Source: the human T2T-CHM13v2.0 reference genome, Homo sapiens. Taken from it: a stretch of 64,000 nucleotides of DNA. Under the pieces are notes generated by a model. The model saw only the letters and a program-made list of their open reading frames with translations, was not told the DNA's origin and did no database searches. The DNA lies in assembly GCF_009914755.1 (NCBI RefSeq), contig NC_060940.1. One strand, written 5' to 3'. The position numbers and the translations under genes were made by a program. Shown here in pieces: positions 38,601 through 50,057 of the stretch (its first letter is position 1; every line of letters starts with the position of its first letter).

Positions 38601-41600
38601 TGCACGTGGATATTTTGACCTCTTTGAGGCCTTCGTTGGAAACGGGTTTTTTTCATGTAAGGCTAGACAGAAGAAATCTCAGTAACTTCCTTGTGTTGTG
38701 TGTATTCAACTGACAGAGTTGAACCTTCCTTTAGACAGAGCAGATTCGAAACACTCTTTTTCTGCAATTTGCAAGTGGAGACTTCAAGCGCTTTGAGGCC
38801 AAAGGCAGAAAAGGAAATATCTTCGTATAAAAACCCGACAGAATCATTCTCAGAAACTGCTCTGTGATGTGTGCGTTCAACTCACAGAGTTTAACTTTTC
38901 TTTTCATTCAGCAGTTTGGAAACACTCTGTTTGTAAAGTCTGCAAGTGGATATCTTGGCCTCTTAGAGGCCTTCGTTGGAAACGGGTTTTATCATGTAAG
39001 GTTAGACAGAGGAATTCCCACTAACTTCCTTGTGTTGTGTGCATTCAACTCACAGAGTTGAATGATTCTTTACACAGAGCAGATTTGAGACACTCTTTTG
39101 GTGGAATTTGTAAGTGGAGAATTCAGCCGCTTTGATGTCAACGGTAGAAAAGGAAATATCTTCATATAAAAACTAGACAGAATGATTCTCAGAAACTGTT
39201 TTGTGATGTGTGCTTTCAACTCACAGAGTTTAACCTTTCTTTTCAAAGAGCAGTTAGGAAACACTCTGTTTGTAAAGTCTGCAAGTGGATATTCAGACCT
39301 CTTTGAGGCCTTCGTTGGAAACGGGATTTCTTCATATTATGCTAGACAGATGAATTCTCAGTAACTTCCTTGTGTTGTGTGTATTCAACTCACAGAGTTG
39401 AACGATCCTTTACACAGAGCAGATTTGAAACACTGTTTTTCTGGAATTTGCAAGTGGAGATTTCAGCCGCTTTGAGGTCAATGGTAGAAAAGGAAATATC
39501 TTCGTATAAAAACTAGACAGAATGATTCTCAGAAACTCCTTTGTGATGTGTGCGTTCAACTCACAGAGTTTAACCTTTCTTTTCACAGAGCAGTTAGGAA
39601 ACACTCTGTTTGTGAAGCCTGCCAGTGGATATTCGGACCTCTTTGAGGCCTTCGTTGGAAACGGGATTTCTTCATATTATGCTAGACAGAAGATTTCTCA
39701 GTAACTTCTTTGTGTTGTGTGTATGCAACTCACAGAGTTCAACCTTCCTTTAGACAGAGCAGATTTGAAACACTCTTTTTGTGGAATTTGCAAGTGGAGA
39801 TTTCAAGCGCTTCGATGCCAATGGTAGAAAAGGAAATATCTTCGTATAAAAACAAGACAAACTCGTTCCCAGACACTGCGTAGTGATGTGTGTGTTTAAC
39901 TCACAGAGTTTAACCTTTCTTTTCATACAGCATTCTGGAAACCCTGTGTTTGTAAAGTCTGCAAGTGGATATTTGGACCTCTTAGATGCCTTCGTTGGAA
40001 ACGGGATTTCTTCATATAATGCTAGAGGGAAGAATTCTTAGTAACTTCTTTGTGTTGTGTGTATTCAACTGACAGAGTTGAACCTTCCTTTAGACAGAGC
40101 AGATTTGAAAGTCTCTTTCTGTGGAATTTGCAAGTGGAGATTTCAAGCGCTTTGAGGCCAAAAGCAGAAAAGGAAGTATTTTCCTATAAAAACTCGACAG
40201 AATCTTTCTCAGAAACTGCTCTGGGATGTGTGCGTTCAACTCACAGAGTTTAACTTTTCTTTTCATTCAGCAGTTTGGAAACACTCTGTTTGGAAAGTCT
40301 GCACGTGGATATTTTGACCTCTTTGAGGCCTTCGTTGGAAACGGGTTTTTTTCATGTAAGGCTAGACAGAAGAAATCTCAGTAACTTCCTTGTGTTGTGT
40401 GTATTCAACTGACAGAGTTGAACCTTCCTTTAGACAGAGCAGATTCGAAACACTCTTTTTCTGCAATTTGCAAGTGGAGACTTCAAGCGCTTTGAGGCCA
40501 AAGGCAGAAAAGGAAATATCTTCGTATAAAAACCCAACAGAATCATTCTCAGAAACTGCTCTGTGATGTGTGCGTTCAACTCACAGAGTTTAACTTTTCT
40601 TTTCATTCAGCAGTTTGGAAACACTCTGTTTGTAAAGTCTGCAAGTGGATATCTTGGCCTCTTAGAGGCCTTCGTTGGAAGCGGGTTTTTTCATGTAAGG
40701 ATAGACAGAGGAATTCCCAGTAACTTCCTTGTGTTGTGTGCATTCAACTCACAGAGTTGAATGATTCTTTACACAGAGCACATTTGAGACACTCTTTTGG
40801 TGGAATTTGTAAGTGGAGAATTCAGCCGCTTTGAGGTCAACGGTAGAAAAGCAAATATCTTCGTATAAAAACTAGACAGAATGATTCTCAGAAACTGTTT
40901 TGTGATGTGTGCGTTCAACTCACAGAGTTTAACCTTTCTTTTCAAAGAGCAGTTAGGAAACACTCTGTTTGTAAAGTCTGCAAGTGGATATTCAGACCTC
41001 TTTGAGGCCTTCGTTGGAAACGGGATTTCTTCATATTATGCTAGACAGATGAATTCTCAGTAACTTCCTTGTGTTGTGTGTATTCAACTCACAGAGTTAA
41101 ACGATCCTTTACACAGAGCAGATTTGAAACACTGTTTTTCTGGAATTTGCAAGTGGAGATTTCAGCCGCTTTGAGGTCAATGGTAGAAAAGGAAATATCT
41201 TCGTATAAAAACTAGACAGAATGATTCTCAGAAACTCCTTTGTGATGTGTGCGTTCAACTCACAGAGTTTAACCTTTCTTTTCACAGAGCAGTTAGGAAA
41301 CACTCTGTTTGTGAAGCCTGCCAGTGGATATTCGGACCTCTTTGAGGCCTTCGTTGGAAACGGGATTTCTTCATATTATGCTAGACAGAAGATTTCTCAG
41401 TAACTTCTTTGTGTTGTGTGTATGCAACTCACAGAGTTCAACCTTCCTTTAGACAGAGCAGATTTGAAACACTCTTTTTGTGGAATTTGCAAGTGGAGAT
41501 TTCAAGCGCTTCGATGCCAATGGTAGAAAAGGAAATATCTTCGTATAAAAACAAGACAAACTCGTTCCCAGACACTGCGTAGTGATGTGTGTGTTTAACT

Positions 41601-44600
41601 CACAGAGTTTAACCTTTCTTTTCATACAGCATTCTGGAAACCCTGTGTTTGTAAAGTCTGCAAGTGGATATTTGGACCTCTTAGATGCCTTCGTTGGAAA
41701 CGGGATTTCTTCATATAATGCTAGAGGGAAGAATTCTTAGTAACTTCTTTGTGTTGTGTGTATTCAACTGACAGAGTTGAACCTTCCTTTAGACAGAGCA
41801 GATTTGAAAGTCTCTTTCTGTGGAATTTGCAAGTGGAGATTTCAAGCGCTTTGAGGCCAAAAGCAGAAAAGGAAATATTTTCCTATAAAAACTAGACAGA
41901 ATCTTTCTCAGAAACTGCTCTGGGATGTGTGCGTTCAACTCACAGAGTTTAACTTTTCTTTTCATTCAGCAGTTTGGAAACACTCTGTTTGGAAAGTCTG
42001 CACGTGGATATTTTGACCTCTTTGAGGCCTTCGTTGGAAACGGGTTTTTTTCATGTAAGGCTAGACAGAAGAAATCTCAGTAACTTCCTTGTGTTGTGTG
42101 TATTCAACTGACAGAGTTGAACCTTCCTTTAGACAGAGCAGATTCGAAACACTCTTTTTCTGCAATTTGCAAGTGGAGACTTCAAGCGCTTTGAGGCCAA
42201 AGGCAGAAAAGGAAATATCTTCGTATAAAAACCCGACAGAATCATTCTCAGAAACTGCTCTGTGATGTGTGCGTTCAACTCACAGAGTTTAACTTTTCTT
42301 TTCATTCAGCAGTTTGGAAACACTCTGTTTGTAAAGTCTGCAAGTGGATATCTTGGCCTCTTAGAGGCCTTCGTTGGAAGCGGGTTTTTTCATGTAAGGA
42401 TAGACAGAGGAATTCCCAGTAACTTCCTTGTGTTGTGTGCATTCAACTCACAGAGTTGAATGATTCTTTACACAGAGCACATTTGAGACACTCTTTTGGT
42501 GGAATTTGTAAGTGGAGAATTCAGCCGCTTTGAGGTCAACGATAGAAAAGCAAATATCTTCGTATAAAAACTAGACAGAATGATTCTCAGAAACTGTTTT
42601 GTGATGTGTGCGTTCAACTCACAGAGTTTAACCTTTCTTTTCAAAGAGCAGTTAGGAAACACTCTGTTTGTAAAGTCTGCAAGTGGATATTCAGACCTCT
42701 TTGAGGCCTTCGTTGGAAACGGGATTTCTTCATATTATGCTAGACAGATGAATTCTCAGTAACTTCCTTGTGTTGTGTGTATTCAACTCACAGAGTTAAA
42801 CGATCCTTTACACAGAGCAGATTTGAAACACTGTTTTTCTGGAATTTGCAAGTGGAGATTTCAGCCCCTTTGAGGTCAATGGTAGAAAAGGAAATATCTT
42901 CGTATAAAAACTAGACAGAATGATTCTCAGAAACTCCTTTGTGATGTGTGCGTTCAGCTCACAGAGTTTAACCTTTCTTTTCACAGAGCAGTTAGGAAAC
43001 ACTCTGTTTGTGAAGCCTGCCAGTGGATATTCGGACCTCTTTGAGGCCTTCGTTGGAAACGGGATTTCTTCATATTATGCTAGACAGAAGATTTCTCAGT
43101 AACTTCTTTGTGTTGTGTGTATGCAACTCACAGAGTTCAACCTTCCTTTAGACAGAGCAGATTTGAAACACTCTTTTTGTGGAATTTGCAAGTGGAGATT
43201 TCAAGCGCTTCGATGCCAATGGTAGAAAAGGAAATATCTTCGTATAAAAACAAGACAAACTCGTTCCCAGACACTGCGTAGTGATGTGTGTGTTTAACTC
43301 ACAGAGTTTAACCTTTCTTTTCATACAGCATTCTGGAAACCCTGTGTTTGTAATGTCTGCAAGTGGATATTTGGACCTCTTAGATGCCTTCGTTGGAAAC
43401 GGGATTTCTTCATATAATGCTAGAGGGAAGAATTCTTAGTAACTTCTTTGTGTTGTGTGTATTCAACTGACAGAGTTGAACCTTCCTTTAGACAGAGCAG
43501 ATTTGAAAGTCTCTTTTCGTGGAATTTGCAAGTGGAGATTTCAAGCGCTTTGAGGCCAAAAGCAGAAAAGGAAATATTTTCCTATAAAAACTCGACAGAA
43601 TCTTTCTCAGAAACTGCTCTGGGATGTGTGCGTTCAACTCACAGAGTTTAACTTTTCTTTTCATTCAGCAGTTTGGAAACACTCTGTTTGGAAAGTCTGC
43701 ACGTGGATATTTTGACCTCTTTGAGGCCTTCGTTGGAAACGGGTTTTTTTCATGTAAGGCTAGACAGAAGAAATCTCAGTAACTTCCTTGTGTTGTGTGT
43801 ATTCAACTGACAGAGTTGAACCTTCCTTTAGACAGAGCAGATTCGAAACACTCTTTTTCTGCAATTTGCAAGTGGAGACTTCAAGCGCTTTGAGGCCAAA
43901 GGCAGAAAAGGAAATATCTTCGTATAAAAACCCGACAGAATCATTCTCAGAAACTGCTCTGTGATGTGTGCGTTCAACTCACAGAGTTTAACTTTTCTTT
44001 TCATTCAGCAGTTTGGAAACACTCTGTTTGTAAAGTCTGCAAGTGGATATCTTGGCCTCTTAGAGGCCTTCGTTGGAAGCGGGTTTTTTCATGTAAGGAT
44101 AGACAGAGGAATTCCCAGTAACTTCCTTGTGTTGTGTGCATTCAACTCACAGAGTTGAATGATTCTTTACACAGAGCAGATTTGAGACACTCTTTTGGTG
44201 GAATTTGTAAGTGGAGAATTCAGCCGCTTTGAGGTCAACGGTAGAAAAGGAAATATCTTCGTATAAAAACTAGACAGAATGATTCTCAGAAACTGTTTTG
44301 TGATGTGTGCGTTCAACTCACAGAGTTTAACCTTTCTTTTCAAAGAGCAGTTAGGAAACACTCTGTTTGTAAAGTCTGCAAGTGGATATTCAGACCTCTT
44401 TGAGGCCTTCGTTGGAAACGGGATTTCTTCATATTATGCTAGACAGATGAATTCTCAGTAACTTCCTTGTGTTGTGTGTATTCAACTCACAGAGTTGAAC
44501 GATCCTTTACACAGAGCAGATTTGAAACACTGTTTTTCTGGAATTTGCAAGTGGAGATTTCAGCCGCTTTGAGGTCAATGGTAGAAAAGGAAATATCTTC

Positions 44601-47600
44601 GTATAAAAACTAGACAGAATGATTCTCAGAAACTCCTTTGTGATGTGTGCGTTCAACTCACAGAGTTTAACCTTTCTTTTCACAGAGCAGTTAGGAAACA
44701 CTCTGTTTGTGAAGCCTGCCAGTGGATATTCGGACCTCTTTGAGGCCTTCGTTGGAAACGGGATTTCTTCATATTATGCTAGACAGAAGATTTCTCAGTA
44801 ACTTCTTTGTGTTGTGTGTATGCAACTCACAGAGTTCAACCTTCCTTTAGACAGAGCAGATTTGAAACACTCTTTTTGTGGAATTTGCAAGTGGAGATTT
44901 CAAGCGCTTCGATGCCAATGGTAGAAAAGGAAATATCTTCGTATAAAAACAAGACAAACTCGTTCCCAGACACTGCGTAGTGATGTGTGTGTTTAACTCA
45001 CAGAGTTTAACCTTTCTTTTCATACAGCATTCTGGAAACCCTGTGTTTGTAATGTCTGCAAGTGGATATTTGGACCTCTTAGATGCCTTCGTTGGAAACG
45101 GGATTTCTTCATATAATGCTAGAGGGAAGAATTCTTAGTAACTTCTTTGTGTTGTGTGTATTCAACTGACAGAGTTGAACCTTCCTTTAGACAGAGCAGA
45201 TTTGAAAGTCTCTTTTCGTGGAATTTGCAAGTGGAGATTTCAAGCGCTTTGAGGCCAAAAGCAGAAAAGGAAGTATTTTCCTATAAAAACTCGACAGAAT
45301 CTTTCTCAGAAACTGCTCTGGGATGTGTGCGTTCAACTCACAGAGTTTAACTTTTCTTTTCATTCAGCAGTTTGGAAACACTCTGTTTGGAAAGTCTGCA
45401 CGTGGATATTTTGACCTCTTTGAGGCCTTCGTTGGAAACGGGTTTTTTTCATGTAAGGCTAGACAGAAGAAATCTCAGTAACTTCCTTGTGTTGTGTGTA
45501 TTCAACTGACAGAGTTGAACCTTCCTTTAGACAGAGCAGATTCGAAACACTCTTTTTCTGCAATTTGCAAGTGGAGACTTCAAGCGCTTTGAGGCCAAAG
45601 GCAGAAAAGGAAATATCTTCGTATAAAAACCCGACAGAATCATTCTCAGAAACTGCTCTGTGATGTGTGCGTTCAACTCACAGAGTTTAACTTTTCTTTT
45701 CATTCAGCAGTTTGGAAACACTCTGTTTGTAAAGTCTGCAAGTGGATATCTTGGCCTCTTAGAGGCCTTCGTTGGAAGCGGGTTTTTTCATGTAAGGATA
45801 GACAGAGGAATTCCCAGTAACTTCCTTGTGTTGTGTGCATTCAACTCACAGAGTTGAATGATTCTTTACACAGAGCAGATTTGAGACACTCTTTTGGTGG
45901 AATTTGTAAGTGGAGAATTCAGCCGCTTTGAGGTCAACGGTAGAAAAGGAAATATCTTCGTATAAAAACTAGACAGAATGATTCTCAGAAACTGTTTTGT
46001 GATGTGTGCGTTCAACTCACAGAGTTTAACCTTTCTTTTCAAAGAGCAGTTAGGAAACACTCTGTTTGTAAAGTCTGCAAGTGGATATTCAGACCTCTTT
46101 GAGGCCTTCGTTGGAAACGGGATTTCTTCATATTATGCTAGACAGATGAATTCTCAGTAACTTCCTTGTGTTGTGTGTATTCAACTCACAGAGTTGAACG
46201 ATCCTTTACACAGAGCAGATTTGAAACACTGTTTTTCTGGAATTTGCAAGTGGAGATTTCAGCCGCTTTGAGGTCAATGGTAGAAAAGGAAATATCTTCG
46301 TATAAAAACTAGACAGAATGATTCTCAGAAACTCCTTTGTGATGTGTGCGTTCAACTCACAGAGTTTAACCTTTCTTTTCACAGAGCAGTTAGGAAACAC
46401 TCTGTTTGTGAAGCCTGCCAGTGGATATTCGGACCTCTTTGAGGCCTTCGTTGGAAACGGGATTTCTTCATATTATGCTAGACAGAAGATTTCTCAGTAA
46501 CTTCTTTGTGTTGTGTGTATGCAACTCACAGAGTTCAACCTTCCTTTAGACAGAGCAGATTTGAAACACTCTTTTTGTGGAATTTGCAAGTGGAGATTTC
46601 AAGCGCTTCGATGCCAATGGTAGAAAAGGAAATATCTTCGTATAAAAACAAGACAAACTCGTTCCCAGACACTGCGTAGTGATGTGTGTGTTTAACTCAC
46701 AGAGTTTAACCTTTCTTTTCATACAGCATTCTGGAAACCCTGTGTTTGTAAAGTCTGCAAGTGGATATTTGGACCTCTTAGATGCCTTCGTTGGAAACGG
46801 GATTTCTTCATATAATGCTAGAGGGAAGAATTCTTAGTAACTTCTTTGTGTTGTGTGTATTCAACTGACAGAGTTGAACCTTCCTTTAGACAGAGCAGAT
46901 TTGAAAGTCTCTTTTTGTGGAATTTGCAAGTGGAGATTTCAAGCGCTTTGAGGCCAAAAGCAGAAAAGGAAGTATTTTCCTATAAAAACTCGACAGAATC
47001 TTTCTCAGAAACTGCTCTGGGATGTGTGCGTTCAACTCACAGAGTTTAACTTTTCTTTTCATTCAGCAGTTTGGAAACACTCTGTTTGGAAAGTCTGCAC
47101 GTGGATATTTTGACCTCTTTGAGGCCTTCGTTGGAAACGGGTTTTTTTCATGTAAGGCTAGACAGAAGAAATCTCAGTAACTTCCTTGTGTTGTGTGTAT
47201 TCAACTGACAGAGTTGAACCTTCCTTTAGACAGAGCAGATTCGAAACACTCTTTTTCTGCAATTTGCAAGTGGAGACTTCAAGCGCTTTGAGGCCAAAGG
47301 CAGAAAAGGAAATATCTTCGTATAAAAACCCGACAGAATCATTCTCAGAAACTGCTCTGTGATGTGTGCGTTCAACTCACAGAGTTTAACTTTTCTTTTC
47401 ATTCAGCAGTTTGGAAACACTCTGTTTGTAAAGTCTGCAAGTGGATATCTTGGCCTCTTAGAGGCCTTCGTTGGAAGCGGGTTTTTTCATGTAAGGATAG
47501 ACAGAGGAATTCCCAGTAACTTCCTTGTGTTGTGTGCATTCAACTCACAGAGTTGAATGATTCTTTACACAGAGCAGATTTGAGACACTCTTTTGGTGGA

Positions 47601-48698
47601 ATTTGTAAGTGGAGAATTCAGCCGCTTTGAGGTCAACGGTAGAAAAGGAAATATCTTCGTATAAAAACTAGACAGAATGATTCTCAGAAACTGTTTTGTG
47701 ATGTGTGCGTTCAACTCACAGAGTTTAACCTTTCTTTTCAAAGAGCAGTTAGGAAACACTCTGTTTGTAAAGTCTGCAAGTGGATATTCAGACCTCTTTG
47801 AGGCCTTCGTTGGAAACGGGATTTCTTCATATTATGCTAGACAGATGAATTCTCAGTAACTTCCTTGTGTTGTGTGTATTCAACTCACAGAGTTGAACGA
47901 TCCTTTACACAGAGCAGATTTGAAACACTGTTTTTCTGGAATTTGCAAGTGGAGATTTCAGCCGCTTTGAGGTCAATGGTAGAAAAGGAAATATCTTCGT
48001 ATAAAAACTAGACAGAATGATTCTCAGAAACTCCTTTGTGATGTGTGCGTTCAACTCACAGAGTTTAACCTTTCTTTTCACAGAGCAGTTAGGAAACACT
48101 CTGTTTGTGAAGCCTGCCAGTGGATATTCGGACCTCTTTGAGGCCTTCGTTGGAAACGGGATTTCTTCATATTATGCCAGACAGAAGATTTCTCAGTAAC
48201 TTCTTTGTGTTGTGTGTATGCAACTCACAGAGTTCAACCTTCCTTTAGACAGAGCAGATTTGAAACACTCTTTTTGTGGAATTTGCAAGTGGAGATTTCA
48301 AGCGCTTCGATGCCAATGGTAGAAAAGGAAATATCTTCGTATAAAAACAAGACAAACTCGTTCCCAGACACTGCGTAGTGATGTGTGTGTTTAACTCACA
48401 GAGTTTAACCTTTCTTTTCATACAGCATTCTGGAAACCCTGTGTTTGTAAAGTCTGCAAGTGGATATTTGGACCTCTTAGATGCCTTCGTTGGAAACGGG
48501 ATTTCTTCATATAATGCTAGAGGGAAGAATTCTTAGTAACTTCTTTGTGTTGTGTGTATTCAACTGACAGAGTTGAACCTTCCTTTAGACAGAGCAGATT
48601 TGAAAGTCTCTTTCTGTGGAATTTGCAAGTGGAGATTTCAAGCGCTTTGAGGCCAAAAGCAGAAAAGGAAATATTTTCCTATAAAAACTCGACAGAAT

Positions 48699-50057
48699 CT
48701 TTCTCAGAAACTGCTCTGGGATGTGTGCGTTCAACTCACAGAGTTTAACTTTTCTTTTCATTCAGCAGTTTGGAAACACTCTGTTTGGAAAGTCTGCACG
48801 TGGATATTTTGACCTCTTTGAGGCCTTCGTTGGAAACGGGTTTTTTTCATGTAAGGCTAGACAGAAGAAATCTCAGTAACTTCCTTGTGTTGTGTGTATT
48901 CAACTGACAGAGTTGAACCTTCCTTTAGACAGAGCAGATTCGAAACACTCTTTTTCTGCAATTTGCAAGTGGAGACTTCAAGCGCTTTGAGGCCAAAGGC
49001 AGAAAAGGAAATATCTTCGTATAAAAACCCGACAGAATCATTCTCAGAAACTGCTCTGTGATGTGTGCGTTCAACTCACAGAGTTTAACTTTTCTTTTCA
49101 TTCAGCAGTTTGGAAACACTCTGTTTGTAAAGTCTGCAAGTGGATATCTTGGCCTCTTAGAGGCCTTCGTTGGAAACGGGTTTTATCATGTAAGGTTAGA
49201 CAGAGGAATTCCCAGTAACTTCCTTGTGTTGTGTGCATTCAACTCACAGAGTTGAATGATTCTTTACACAGAGCAGATTTGAGACACTCTTTTGGTGGAA
49301 TTTGTAAGTGGAGAATTCAGCCGCTTTGAGGTCAACGGTAGAAAAGGAAATATCTTCGTATAAAAACTAGACAGAATGATTCTCAGAAACTGTTTTGTGA
49401 TGTGTGCGTTCAACTCACAGAGTTTAACCTTTCTTTTCAAAGAGCAGTTAGGAAACACTCTGTTTGTGAAGCCTGCCAGTGGATATTCGGACCTCTTTGA
49501 GGCCTTCGTTGGAAACGGGATTTCTTCATATTATGCTAGACAGAAGATTTCTCAGTAACTTCTTTGTGTTGTGTGTATGCAACTCACAGAGTTCAACCTT
49601 CCTTTAGACAGAGCAGATTTGAAACACTCTTTTTGTGGAATTTGCAAGTGGAGATTTCAAGCGCTTCGATGCCAATGGTAGAAAAGGAAATATCTTCATA
49701 GAAAAACAAGACAAACTCGTTCCCAGACACTGCGTAGTGATGTGTGTGTTTAACTCACAGAGTTTAACCTTTCTTTTCATACAGCATTCTGGAAACCCTG
49801 TGTTTGTAAAGTCTGCAAGTGGATATTTGGACCTCTTAGATGCCTTCGTTGGAAACGGGATTTCTTCATATAATGCTAGAGGGAAGAATTCTTAGTAACT
49901 TCTTTGTGTTGTGTGTATTCAACTGACAGAGTTGAACCTTCCTTTAGACAGAGCAGATTTGAAAGTCTCTTTTTGTGGAATTTGCAAGTGGAGATTTCAA
50001 GCGCTTTGAGGCCAAAAGGAGAAAAGGAAATATTTTCCTATAAAAACTCGACAGAAT
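48699..50057 (+). repeat. 8-mer HOR variant (1,359 bp) with an m5/m7 hybrid monomer
   Basis: Anchor spacing 49058 to 50417 is 1,359. The m5 markers (CTGTTTTG, TTTCAAAG A49440) are followed by m7 markers (GTGAAGCCTGCC, G49468), placing the junction within 49441-49467. Confidence 0.93.
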
